A DNA stretch of 64,000 nt, taken from the IMG/VR virus record IMGVR_UViG_3300009104_000009, positions 1-64,000 of that record. One strand, 5' to 3'. The notes beneath the pieces are model-generated. The model did no database searches, was not told the DNA's origin, and saw only the letters and a program-made list of their open reading frames with translations. Origin of the DNA: a virus. Made by a program: the position numbers and the translations under genes. The first letter of the stretch is position 1, and every line of letters starts with the position of its first letter. Shown piece after piece: positions 19,803-29,567 of the stretch.

Positions 19803-20854
19803 AAACAGCTATACTTACGGATACCCACTTTGGGGCCAGGAATGATAGTGTAGCGTTTTCTAGTTATTTTACCAAATTTTACGAAACTATATTCTTTCCT
19901 TACCTTAAAGAACATAATATAAAAAATCTTATACATATGGGAGATGTATTTGATAGACGAAAGTTTGTTAATTACAAATCTTTATATGATGCTAAGCATA
20001 TGTTTTTTGATCCTCTGGCAGAACATAATATAGAATGTCACATGCTAGCAGGTAATCATGATACATTTTATAAAACCACTAATGAAGTAAACTCTCCGGC
20101 ACTTTTATTAAAAGAATATTCTAATATTACAACTTATAGTGATCCATGTGAATTAACAAATAGTAATTCAACGTTTGTGATGATGCCGTGGATATGTAAG
20201 GGAAATTATGATGCTGCCGTAGAATTAATTTCAAATACTAAATGTGATATAATGTTTGGTCATTTAGAAATAGATGGCTTTGAAATGATCAGAGGACAAT
20301 TTTGTGCTGATGGTTTAGATCGTAAATTATTTGATAAATTTGATATGGTCTTTAGCGGACATTTTCATCATAAATCAGATAACGGTACTATCTATTATCT
20401 CGGAAATCCATATCAAACTAATTGGATGGATTTTAAAGATCCACGAGGATTTCATATATTTGATTTTGAAACAAGAGAATTAACATTTGTTGAAAATCCT
20501 AATGAAATGTTCCATAAGTATTTTTATAATGATTTAGAATGGACAACAGAGACAGCACAAGAATTAAATTTTGATGCATGGAAAAATTGTTATATTAAAA
20601 TAATTGTTGAAAACAAAACTAATCCATATTTGTTTGATGTAATATTAGATAAAATGTATAAAGCTGGAGTAGGAGATGTTACAATTGTTGAATCCTTTGC
20701 TGAGTTAGATAACGAAGAAACTATTATTGATGAGGCGCAAGATACCATGACTATTTTGTCAACATATATAGAACAGATGGAGACTGTGGCAGATAAAAAA
20801 AGACTTGATATTTTAATGAGAAACCTATATAATGAATCCTTAACCTTAGAGTAA
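19799..20854 (+). CDS. gp47: Recombination endonuclease subunit (Mre11/SbcD-like)
   Basis: DTHFGAR, GDVFDRRK, GNHD, GHFH. Confidence 0.95.
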   Translation: MKTAILTDTHFGARNDSVAFSSYFTKFYETIFFPYLKEHNIKNLIHMGDVFDRRKFVNYKSLYDAKHMFFDPLAEHNIECHMLAGNHDTFYKTTNEVNSPALLLKEYSNITTYSDPCELTNSNSTFVMMPWICKGNYDAAVELISNTKCDIMFGHLEIDGFEMIRGQFCADGLDRKLFDKFDMVFSGHFHHKSDNGTIYYLGNPYQTNWMDFKDPRGFHIFDFETRELTFVENPNEMFHKYFYNDLEWTTETAQELNFDAWKNCYIKIIVENKTNPYLFDVILDKMYKAGVGDVTIVESFAELDNEETIIDEAQDTMTILSTYIEQMETVADKKRLDILMRNLYNESLTLE

Positions 20855-20855
20855 C

Positions 20856-21179
20856 ATGGGCGACACTGCAAGTTGGTGGTATAAAGATAGACTACCTGAA
20901 TTACAAAGAGAACTGGAAGCTGAAAAAGATCCGGTAAAAAGAGAAGCGATTAAGAGGAAAATGAGAGGCGATTCAGAACCCACACCTATAAAAGAAAAAA
21001 CAGAACAAATTGAACTTGATTTACCTGAGAAACAATTATTTGATTTAATGATTATGGCTCATGAAAATGATATAACGTTAAATCAGCTTGTTATTCAAGT
21101 GCTAACGAATCAACTAAAAGATAATGAATATACATTTGAAAATGGTTCAAAGCCTAAATTTTTAGTTGAGAACGAATGA
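20856..21179 (+). CDS. Hypothetical protein with ribbon-helix-helix-like C-terminus
   Basis: IELDLPEKQLFDLMIMAHENDITLNQLV. Confidence 0.45.
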   Translation: MGDTASWWYKDRLPELQRELEAEKDPVKREAIKRKMRGDSEPTPIKEKTEQIELDLPEKQLFDLMIMAHENDITLNQLVIQVLTNQLKDNEYTFENGSKPKFLVENE

Positions 21180-22888
21180 TAACATTTAAATCCGTCCGTT
21201 ACAAAAATTTTTTAAGTAGCGGCAATGTCTTTACTCAGATAGATCTTGATAGATCTAAAACAACTCTTATCATTGGAGAAAACGGAGCGGGCAAAAGTAC
21301 TATGCTCGATGCGTTAACGTTTGGATTATTCGGGAAACCATTTCGAAGTGTTAATAAACCTCAATTAGTAAATTCAATTAATGAAAGAGAAGCGGTTGTT
21401 GAGGTTGAATTTTATGTCGGTAAAAAACATATTTTGGTCCGCAGAGGAATTAAGCCAAATATTTTCGAAATAGAAACAGATGGTTCTCAATTACAACAAA
21501 ATGCAAACGTAAGAGATTTTCAAGAATTTTTAGAAAAAAATGTTTTAAAGTTAAATTATAAATCATTTACTCAAATAGTAATTTTAGGAAACTCTTCATT
21601 TGTTCCTTTCATGCAGTTGAAAGCAGCAGACAGAAGAGATATCATAGAAGACTTGTTAGATATTCAAATATTTTCTTCTATGAATAATGTTCTTAAAACA
21701 TATGTATTAGAGAACAAAATAAAAATAGATGAAAATAAATCTTCCAGGGATTTGCTCCAAAATAAAATAGATTTAAAAGAAAATTATATTTCAAAATTAA
21801 AGCATAAAACTAAAACTCTTATAACTGGCTATGAAAAAGATATTACAAAATCTTTAGAAGAAAAAGAATCTCGTTTAACACAAATTAGTGAACTTAATAA
21901 AACAGTTGAAGATCTTTTAAATGAAGTATCTGATGCTAACGAAGTAACAGAAAAACATGATAAACTTACAGAATATCAACGTTCCATTCTCAGAAATGTT
22001 GATTCCGAACAAAAGAATATCACCTTCTTTGAGTCAAACGATGACTGTCCGACATGTAAGCAGAACATCGACCACGCCTTCAAACACAAAGAAATTATAC
22101 AAAAGCAAGAAAAGATCAAAGAATTTAAAAATGCAGTCAATAAAATTGATGGAGAACTTGAATCAACCAGAGCACGATTATCTGCTATACAATCAATTCA
22201 AGGAAACATACAAAACCATCAAACGTCCATACAAACAATCAATAATGATATAAGTGTAATTGATCAGTATGTTAAAAAACAACAAGATAATATTGAACAG
22301 TTAGAACAGGATACTGGTGACATAAAAGAAGAGAAAAAATTATTAAAAGAATACGCAGAAGAATTTAAAGAGATAGAGGCCAAAACAGAAGAATTGATTG
22401 ATGAAAAATTTATACATGAAACGGCCAGAAATATCTTGAAAGATGAAGGAATAAAGTCTAGAATAATAAAACAATATTTGCCAATCATGAATAAATTGAT
22501 TAACAAATATTTAACTCAAATGAACTTTTTCGTATCTTTCAATCTTGATGAGAATTTTAACGAAGAAATAAAATCAAGATATAGAGATGATTTTACATAT
22601 GATTCTTTTAGTGAAGGCGAAAAAATGAGAATTGATTTAGCATTATTGTTCACATGGAGAACAGTTGCGAAATTAAAAAATTCAGTTAATACTAATTTAT
22701 TAATATTAGATGAAGTATTTGATAGTTCTTTAGATGGAGAAGGCACTGATGAATTTATGAAGATAGTCAATGAACAAGGAAACAACACAAATGTTTTTGT
22801 AATTTCTCACAAAGGAGATACCTTATATGACAAATTTAGAGTACATATGAAATTTGAAAAACGAAAAAACTTTAGTGTAATATTATGA
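21176..22888 (+). CDS. gp46: Recombination endonuclease ATPase subunit (Rad50/SbcC-like)
   Basis: GENGAGKST, CPTC zinc hook, FSEGEK, LILDEVFD. Confidence 0.96.
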   Translation: MITFKSVRYKNFLSSGNVFTQIDLDRSKTTLIIGENGAGKSTMLDALTFGLFGKPFRSVNKPQLVNSINEREAVVEVEFYVGKKHILVRRGIKPNIFEIETDGSQLQQNANVRDFQEFLEKNVLKLNYKSFTQIVILGNSSFVPFMQLKAADRRDIIEDLLDIQIFSSMNNVLKTYVLENKIKIDENKSSRDLLQNKIDLKENYISKLKHKTKTLITGYEKDITKSLEEKESRLTQISELNKTVEDLLNEVSDANEVTEKHDKLTEYQRSILRNVDSEQKNITFFESNDDCPTCKQNIDHAFKHKEIIQKQEKIKEFKNAVNKIDGELESTRARLSAIQSIQGNIQNHQTSIQTINNDISVIDQYVKKQQDNIEQLEQDTGDIKEEKKLLKEYAEEFKEIEAKTEELIDEKFIHETARNILKDEGIKSRIIKQYLPIMNKLINKYLTQMNFFVSFNLDENFNEEIKSRYRDDFTYDSFSEGEKMRIDLALLFTWRTVAKLKNSVNTNLLILDEVFDSSLDGEGTDEFMKIVNEQGNNTNVFVISHKGDTLYDKFRVHMKFEKRKNFSVIL

Positions 22889-23457
22889 TTAAACCTTTGT
22901 TACCAGAAGGTCATATTGATTTAGAAACAGAAACTATTCCATTTAGTTTCTGGAGTCCTCCTATTAACCCTACTGAATTCCAGGATGAATTAATAGAAAA
23001 TATGCAACACTATAAAGGAGCTGGTTTAGCTGCTAATCAATTAGGTTATAAGTATAGTGTTTTTTCTATGAATCACGAAGGAAATAATATGGTATTGTTT
23101 AACCCTCAAATTATTGAAGAGTCTGAAGATTATGTTTGGGAGGTTGAAGGGTGTTTAACATATCCCGGACTGTTCATTAAAATTAAGCGACCTAAAAGTT
23201 TATCGGCGTCATGGGAAGATGCAAATGGAGAAAATTTTTCAGGTTATTTTTCCGACTTATCCGCTCGGATTTTTCTACATGAGATGACCCATATAAAAGG
23301 GGAAATTTTTTATGAAGAAGCTAGTCGGTTTCATATACAAAATGGAAGAAGAAAAAGAAGAGCAAATCTTAAAAAAATAAAATACTCGAGTCCAGCATTA
23401 TGGCAAAGTCATTTAAACAACAAAAAACAAGAGAGAATTTTAGCAAAGACGTTTTGA
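22885..23457 (+). CDS. def: Peptide deformylase
   Basis: GAGLAANQLG, EGCLT, HEMTH. Confidence 0.9.
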   Translation: MIKPLLPEGHIDLETETIPFSFWSPPINPTEFQDELIENMQHYKGAGLAANQLGYKYSVFSMNHEGNNMVLFNPQIIEESEDYVWEVEGCLTYPGLFIKIKRPKSLSASWEDANGENFSGYFSDLSARIFLHEMTHIKGEIFYEEASRFHIQNGRRKRRANLKKIKYSSPALWQSHLNNKKQERILAKTF

Positions 23458-23570
23458 AAAAAATGTCAAAAAAGGAAAGGCGATTCAATAAGGAATTGGC
23501 CAATCAATATGTCGATGATGAAGTCGACGACTTCGAAGAAGAGGAATATGAGTACAGTAACCGAGAGTAA
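23400..23570 (+). CDS. Small basic/acidic protein (56 aa, not in ORF track)
   Basis: MAKSFKQQKTRENFSKDVLKKMSKKERRFNKELANQYVDDEVDDFEEEEYEYSNRE; overlaps both neighbours. Confidence 0.55.
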   Translation: MAKSFKQQKTRENFSKDVLKKMSKKERRFNKELANQYVDDEVDDFEEEEYEYSNRE

Positions 23571-24075
23571 TCAACCCAGAATATACAAATATAACAGTAC
23601 AAAGGAATACGTAGATAAGTTTCCGTGTGCATATAGACAATGGAAAGCAGATAGTCATTGTAATGTTATTCACGGATATAGTTTTAGTATGAGATTCTTT
23701 TTTGGTACTGATCATTTAGATGTTAGAAACTGGGTTGCTGATTATGGTGGTCTGGGAGAACTTAAAAGTTTCTTAGATGAAATATTTGATCATACATTGT
23801 TAGTAGCAGAAGATGAGCCACACATGGATCTTTATAAACAATTGGAAGCAGCGGGTATAGCAAAACTTACTGTATTACCAAAACTTGGATGTGAAGGTCT
23901 TTCTTCAATGTTATACAAATATATGAATGGAGTGTTTATTCCTGATATGTGGGGGCCAGGTGAAGCGGAAAGACTTTGGTGTTACAGAGTAGAAGTTCGT
24001 GAAACACAAAGTAATATGGCTTGGCGTGAAGGTCATAGAGAATGGAATGAAGATTTATTTAATGTAGACGGATAA
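23548..24075 (+). CDS. queD: 6-carboxytetrahydropterin synthase (QueD/PTPS family)
   Basis: HCNVIHGYS, FDHTLLV, VEVRET. Confidence 0.85.
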   Translation: MSTVTESNQPRIYKYNSTKEYVDKFPCAYRQWKADSHCNVIHGYSFSMRFFFGTDHLDVRNWVADYGGLGELKSFLDEIFDHTLLVAEDEPHMDLYKQLEAAGIAKLTVLPKLGCEGLSSMLYKYMNGVFIPDMWGPGEAERLWCYRVEVRETQSNMAWREGHREWNEDLFNVDG

Positions 24076-24077
24076 AA

Positions 24078-24938
24078 ATGTCAAAAATTAGATATTCAGA
24101 ATACTTTTATAGTATTCAAGGTGAAGGTAGATTTGTAGGTGTACCAAGTGTATTTTTAAGATTGTTTGGATGTAATTTTGAATGTCCGGGATTTGGACAG
24201 CCCAGAGGACAATTAATTCCACGTGATGATATGCCTTGGAAAAATCTTGACATTAGTCAATACAAAAGCATTGAGGAATTGCCTGTAATGAAAATAGGAT
24301 GTGATAGTTCTGCTAGCTGGGCAAAAGAATATATGCATCTAACAACATTTGTAGAACATTTTGCTTTAGCTGAAATGCTAACCGAAATGCTTCCTGATAA
24401 TAAATGGTTTTATGAAGAAAACAATCAGGATATTCATTTAGTCATTACAGGTGGTGAACCAATGATGTGGCAAAAACAATTACCAGATTTATTGGATCAT
24501 CCTTTACTTGAAAATATTAAAAATATTACATTTGAAACAAATAGTACATTTGCTTTGACTGATAAGTTTTTTGAATGGTTATATAGATACAGTTTATATG
24601 ATCATCACATTACGTGGTCATGCAGTCCAAAATTAAGTATAAGTGGTGAGGATTGGGATAAAGCAATTAAACCTGAAAATTGGGAACAATATAAAGAAAT
24701 TCCTAATTCTCATTTATATTTAAAATTCGTAGTTCAAGATGAACAAGATATCGAAGAAATTAAATCAATAGATTTCGGACCATCTTGGAAGAATGATATT
24801 TATTTAATGCCATGCGGTGGAACAGCTGAAATGTTAGATAACACTAAATTTAATGTTGCAGAAATCGCGATGAAACACGGTTTTAAATATTCACCCAGAT
24901 TGCATGTAGATTTATTCGGAAATAAGTGGGGTACTTAA
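24078..24938 (+). CDS. queE: 7-carboxy-7-deazaguanine synthase (radical SAM)
   Basis: EYFYSIQGEG, FLRLFGCNFEC...GCDS, ITGGEP, FETN, SPKL, RLHVDLFG. Confidence 0.88.
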   Translation: MSKIRYSEYFYSIQGEGRFVGVPSVFLRLFGCNFECPGFGQPRGQLIPRDDMPWKNLDISQYKSIEELPVMKIGCDSSASWAKEYMHLTTFVEHFALAEMLTEMLPDNKWFYEENNQDIHLVITGGEPMMWQKQLPDLLDHPLLENIKNITFETNSTFALTDKFFEWLYRYSLYDHHITWSCSPKLSISGEDWDKAIKPENWEQYKEIPNSHLYLKFVVQDEQDIEEIKSIDFGPSWKNDIYLMPCGGTAEMLDNTKFNVAEIAMKHGFKYSPRLHVDLFGNKWGT

Positions 24939-24984
24939 TATTATGAATATATAATTTTCCTAAATAATGTATAAGGAGAATTAT

Positions 24985-25368
24985 ATGGCTTCCATTGTTA
25001 ATATATTTGCAGATCAAGGTTCAGATTATACTTTAACTTTAACCGCCAAAGATGGTGTCGGTAATGTTACTGATTTAACTGGTTATACAGCTGAAGCATA
25101 TTTTCAAAAATGGTCTGGTTCAAATAAAGTATATAAATTTACCACAACTATAACAAGTCCTACAACAGGCGCTCTTCAATTAAAATTGTTGGGATCTGTT
25201 TCTGATGATATTCCTTCCGGTCGTTATAATTACGATGTAGTTATTCACAATTCAACATATGATATAACCAGGCGTATAATAGAAGGCCAATTACACTTAC
25301 GACCAACCGCGAGTCCTAAAGGGGCAACTTTACTAGAAACCGGTAACAAATTACTACTTGAAAGTTAA
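24985..25368 (+). CDS. Virion structural protein (baseplate/fibre adaptor-like)
   Basis: NIFADQGSDY...DLTGYTA...GRYNYDV...RIIEG. Confidence 0.65.
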   Translation: MASIVNIFADQGSDYTLTLTAKDGVGNVTDLTGYTAEAYFQKWSGSNKVYKFTTTITSPTTGALQLKLLGSVSDDIPSGRYNYDVVIHNSTYDITRRIIEGQLHLRPTASPKGATLLETGNKLLLES

Positions 25369-25370
25369 AG

Positions 25371-26333
25371 ATGACTTTACTGTACGAAGATGGACGACAA
25401 GGAGAAGTTAACTTAATTGCATCACGGGATAGCATAGTTCATTTAGGAAATGTTGATTTCGAAAATTTAACAGTTAACTTAAAACCTAAAGCGGTTGCTG
25501 CTGGAGAAAAGGCAGTTGGATTAGGTACCACTAAAGCACCGTTCGGTGATTTATATCTTCAAGGAAACACTCTCACAATATCAACAAAATCCGTTGGAAT
25601 AACAGAAATATCTGGAACAGAATATTTGAATTTTGGTTCTAATGTTATGATAGGAACATCTGTTATCACTGGCGATAGATTATTAGCTTTTCAAGATGAA
25701 TTAAATACTTCTTCATTAACCGATGTTAATATTGTAGGAATTGCAGACGATAATTGTATACAGTGGGATGCGGATACTTCAAAATGGGTTGATGCTGAAT
25801 ATACTCAACCGGAAGATTTAGATCTTTCAGCTAGCCCGATTACAGAATTACTTGATATTCAACCTGATTCTTATCAAGCTGGTCAGATGTGGCAATATAG
25901 TCCGTCAGTTGGTAAATGGAAAGCTTTTAATTCAAACGCACTTGAATGGACAGATTTCAAAGCCACAGGTAGTTTTACAGTTAATTCCGAAGCAGTATGG
26001 ACAACAACACGAACAATTCAAATTAATGCGGGAGAGGTTGTATGCGATAGTTTTAGCATAAATACCTATAATTCCGCTAAATATTTTATCTCCTGCGAAG
26101 ATTATACTACGGATAATAAAGGTTACTGGGGTGCCCAGGTAACTTTAGTTCATGATGGCGTTTCAGATACTAGTTTCTCAGTTTATAGTGAAGTAGAATT
26201 AGGATCAATTTCAATGTTCCCCGGAATCGCAGCAGATGTATCAGGAGGAAACGTTCGATTAAAAATTACCACTACTTCAGATCAACAAGTAGTAACTTCT
26301 CATCGGACTAGTATAACGAAATATACTTCGTAA
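25371..26333 (+). CDS. Tail-fibre-like structural protein (paralog A1)
   Basis: Fibre-like DV..W repeats; C-terminal DSFSINTYNSAKYFI...VHDG...NVRLKIT domain. Confidence 0.65.
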   Translation: MTLLYEDGRQGEVNLIASRDSIVHLGNVDFENLTVNLKPKAVAAGEKAVGLGTTKAPFGDLYLQGNTLTISTKSVGITEISGTEYLNFGSNVMIGTSVITGDRLLAFQDELNTSSLTDVNIVGIADDNCIQWDADTSKWVDAEYTQPEDLDLSASPITELLDIQPDSYQAGQMWQYSPSVGKWKAFNSNALEWTDFKATGSFTVNSEAVWTTTRTIQINAGEVVCDSFSINTYNSAKYFISCEDYTTDNKGYWGAQVTLVHDGVSDTSFSVYSEVELGSISMFPGIAADVSGGNVRLKITTTSDQQVVTSHRTSITKYTS

Positions 26334-26348
26334 CATTTAAGGAATTTA

Positions 26349-27269
26349 ATGGCGCAAGAGTACGCAACCGTACAATTAGGTATAATTGATTTAGAAAATT
26401 TAACAGTTAATTTAAAACCAAAAGCCCCAGAACCCGGACAAAAACCTGCTGGTTTGGGAACTACTGATGCACCTTTCGGTGATTTATATCTTCAAGGAAA
26501 TACTCTTACAATATCTACCAAATCAATCGGTATCACAGAACAAGATGGTGTTGAATATTTGGATCTCGGTTCCAATACTAAAATCGGCGCAACTACTATT
26601 ACTGGCGATAGATTATTAGCTTTTAATGATCAATTGAAATTAGGCACGATGACTGATGTTGCTATCGAAGGTGTAGCAAATGGTGATATTTTAAAATGGA
26701 ATAAAGCACAAGAAAGATGGGAACCCGGACAAGGCATAACTGCTGATAATTTAGATATATCTAAAAAGACTATCGGTGAATTAAGTGATGTTACACCATC
26801 AGTATATGCAGATGGAATGATGTGGCAATATAATGATTCTTTATCTACGTGGAAAGCCGTTGATACTAGTATGTTAATTTTTACTGATTTTCAAGTAAAG
26901 GGAACATTTACGGTTAATACTGAAGTAACATATTCCACTACTCGAAACTTTACAGTTACTGCTGGCGAGGTTGTTGCAGATAGTTTTGATATAAATACTT
27001 ATCGAACTGCCAAGTACATTGTCTCCTGTGAAGATTATACGGTAGGTGCAAAAGCATACTGGACTGGAGAAATACTTTTAGTTCATGATGGAACGAATAC
27101 AAGCCACACAGTATATGGCGAAGTGGAGATAGGGGCGATTTCAATGAGCCCCACTATTGCTTCAGATATAGACGGATCAAACGTTCGATTAAAAATCACC
27201 ACTTCTTCAGACCAACAGATGGTAACTAGCCATCGGACAGTGTGTACTAATTATAGTGGTTATTCATGA
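26349..27269 (+). CDS. Tail-fibre-like structural protein (paralog A2)
   Basis: Collinear with the upstream gene (ENLTVNLKPK, PFGDLYLQGNTLTISTKS, ITGDRLLAF). Confidence 0.65.
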   Translation: MAQEYATVQLGIIDLENLTVNLKPKAPEPGQKPAGLGTTDAPFGDLYLQGNTLTISTKSIGITEQDGVEYLDLGSNTKIGATTITGDRLLAFNDQLKLGTMTDVAIEGVANGDILKWNKAQERWEPGQGITADNLDISKKTIGELSDVTPSVYADGMMWQYNDSLSTWKAVDTSMLIFTDFQVKGTFTVNTEVTYSTTRNFTVTAGEVVADSFDINTYRTAKYIVSCEDYTVGAKAYWTGEILLVHDGTNTSHTVYGEVEIGAISMSPTIASDIDGSNVRLKITTSSDQQMVTSHRTVCTNYSGYS

Positions 27270-27302
27270 TAACCAATAGTAGAACATTTAAGGAAATAAC
27301 CT

Positions 27303-28610
27303 ATGGCACAAGCACAGTTTAGAGTAAGGGGTGGCTTACTATCAGATTCAGATTTAACTCTTAATAATACCCCTACCAATGGATCAGTAGCAACTGACGG
27401 TAAAATTTTACAAATAGACAATAGTTCTAATGTCCATAGCCGCACATTCGCTCAGGTAAAAGGTGATATAGATGCCGGCTTGTTAAATGGAGTCGTTGCT
27501 GGAGATGGTATAGGAGTTACCGCAGTACAGGGTGGTGGAATTGGAACTGATACACAAACGATTTCATTAGATACACCATCCCAAGTAACTACTGCTACCA
27601 CAGATGCGGTCACAGCAGATTCTCATACTCACTCAATTGATCATTCCAATGATACCAGTGGTGCTAGCGCAGCGAAATTATTGTCAGCAAATACAACTGG
27701 TGGAGTAAAAGTACAAAATCTAGCGGCAGCCGGAGACGCAACGTTTTCCGCGAACGTAACCATTGATGGAAGTTTATTCGTTGATGGTGCCCTCACATAT
27801 GTAAATGCAACAAATTTAAGTGTTAGTGATCCTTTAATTACCCTATCAGCAAATGGCGATGCCGTTGCACCAACACACGATCAAGGCCTTATGGTCAACA
27901 GGGGAACATCAGCAAACACCGCATTTATATGGGATGAATCAGAAGATGAATTTACATTTATTACAACTACTGACGGTGGAACTTCAACAGGAAGTTTAAC
28001 TGTTACGACTTATGCTAATGTTAGTTCTTTAGAATATCATGCACGAGGAACAGTTGATGCAACAAGTGGAACTACTGGTACCATCCGAACAGCTGGTGGT
28101 ATAGGAGTCGCGCAATCACTTTTTGCCAATGTAGTACACGCAGACGGTACAGCAAATGCTACATCTAATACAACAGGACAATTACTATCATCTGGTGGAT
28201 TAGGAGTTGCAAAAGCGGCCGTGATAGGTGGAGATTTAACTACTTGGACAGATACGTATTCAAAAGATATATCACGAACTTTGACCGCATCTGCTACTAT
28301 AGCGGACGGAGCGAACGCTTATTTATTTGAAGTTCCTATAGCCAGTTGGTCAGCAGGTGAATGTGCTTTAAAATTAAAAGCAAGTGCTAATGAAACCGAA
28401 TTTCGTAAGTATCTATTTTGCGAAAGTGGAAGTGGAACAGTAGATAATAACCAATATGGTGGATTAGGCCATGATATTACAGCAACCATAACTTTTGAAA
28501 CAACTGACGGTTCTGGTGGTTCCGGATCATCTCATATTGCAATGAAAGTCGCAAATGCGGATGGGGTCAGTATTACAGCAAAAGTAGAAGCAACCTTTTA
28601 TAGTGTATAA
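27303..28610 (+). CDS. Tail-fibre-like protein (paralog B1)
   Basis: VSDPLITL...GLMVNRG...WDESED; GGIGVA repeats. Confidence 0.65.
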   Translation: MAQAQFRVRGGLLSDSDLTLNNTPTNGSVATDGKILQIDNSSNVHSRTFAQVKGDIDAGLLNGVVAGDGIGVTAVQGGGIGTDTQTISLDTPSQVTTATTDAVTADSHTHSIDHSNDTSGASAAKLLSANTTGGVKVQNLAAAGDATFSANVTIDGSLFVDGALTYVNATNLSVSDPLITLSANGDAVAPTHDQGLMVNRGTSANTAFIWDESEDEFTFITTTDGGTSTGSLTVTTYANVSSLEYHARGTVDATSGTTGTIRTAGGIGVAQSLFANVVHADGTANATSNTTGQLLSSGGLGVAKAAVIGGDLTTWTDTYSKDISRTLTASATIADGANAYLFEVPIASWSAGECALKLKASANETEFRKYLFCESGSGTVDNNQYGGLGHDITATITFETTDGSGGSGSSHIAMKVANADGVSITAKVEATFYSV

Positions 28611-28615
28611 ACGAT

Positions 28616-29218
28616 ATGTCAGCAGTACCATTTAAAGCAGCGGGTGGATTGGATGTCGCCGGAGGTGATTTAAAGTTATCTAATATCGGAACAGGTACAC
28701 CAGCCGGTGGTGGAAGAATTCTTTCACTAGCGACAGACGGTACAGCCCATTACAGAACATTTGGTAATTTAAAAGCAAATATAGATGGTGGTCGATTAGA
28801 TCAAATTACCGCCGGTAATGGAATGACAGTTACTGCCCTACCAGGTGGTGGTATAGGAGATGATAGTCAAACAGTTACATTAGGAACACCGGATACATGC
28901 ACCGTAAGTTCTACAGATGCCGTTACCGCAGGATCACACACTCACGCAATTGGTCATTCTAATGATGTCAGCGGTGCTAGCATGGCAACATTGTTATCTG
29001 CGAATACGACCGGCGGAGTTAAATTAGAATCTGCTCACGTTGCTACCACGTTAAAATTTACAGATCATGCATCGGCACCCGCAGTAAAAACTAATAAGTT
29101 ATATGCCAATTCTACTTCATTATATTGGGGAACAACTGATTTGCAGGTCGGAAGTGATGCGAATAACCAAGCATTAATGCAAAGTCATGCAATTGTAATG
29201 GCGATTGCACTAGGATAA
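28616..29218 (+). CDS. Tail-fibre-like protein (paralog B2)
   Basis: Shares TDAVTA.SHTH.I.HSND.SGAS...LLSANTTGGVK with B1; ends AIVMAIALG. Confidence 0.65.
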   Translation: MSAVPFKAAGGLDVAGGDLKLSNIGTGTPAGGGRILSLATDGTAHYRTFGNLKANIDGGRLDQITAGNGMTVTALPGGGIGDDSQTVTLGTPDTCTVSSTDAVTAGSHTHAIGHSNDVSGASMATLLSANTTGGVKLESAHVATTLKFTDHASAPAVKTNKLYANSTSLYWGTTDLQVGSDANNQALMQSHAIVMAIALG

Positions 29219-29236
29219 TTTAAAGGATACTTACTC

Positions 29237-29566
29237 ATGGCAAGTGCGTTTAAAAATAGAACATTAAGAGCAGTTGGCACATCTCCTACAGATATTGGAG
29301 CAGCCGTTGCGGCTAGTACAGAAGTGACTGTAATAGGCTTATCTTTAGCAAATATAACTGGCTCCGGTGCAAAAGCAACTGTTACAATAAATGATGGAAC
29401 AAATACAACTCATATAGTCAAAGATGCAGCTGTCCCTGCCGAAGCTAGTTTAGTAGTGGTCGGAGGAGATATGAAAGTGGTTATGATGACAGGAGATAAA
29501 CTTATCGTCACTAGTGATACAGCATCAAGTCTTGACGTCCACATGTCTTATTTGGAGATAACATAA
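29237..29566 (+). CDS. Small virion structural protein
   Basis: MASAFKN...VIGLSLAN...LDVHMSYLEIT, typical before MPYIG fibre genes. Confidence 0.65.
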   Translation: MASAFKNRTLRAVGTSPTDIGAAVAASTEVTVIGLSLANITGSGAKATVTINDGTNTTHIVKDAAVPAEASLVVVGGDMKVVMMTGDKLIVTSDTASSLDVHMSYLEIT

Positions 29567-29567
29567 A

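Noticed and set aside
22885-24075. def and queD are in the same frame separated by a single TGA (23455-23457): possible readthrough fusion
   Set aside because: No hairpin follows the TGA, there is no Cys-type context, and the linker is better explained by the overlapping 56-aa ORF; queD has its own SD and ATG.
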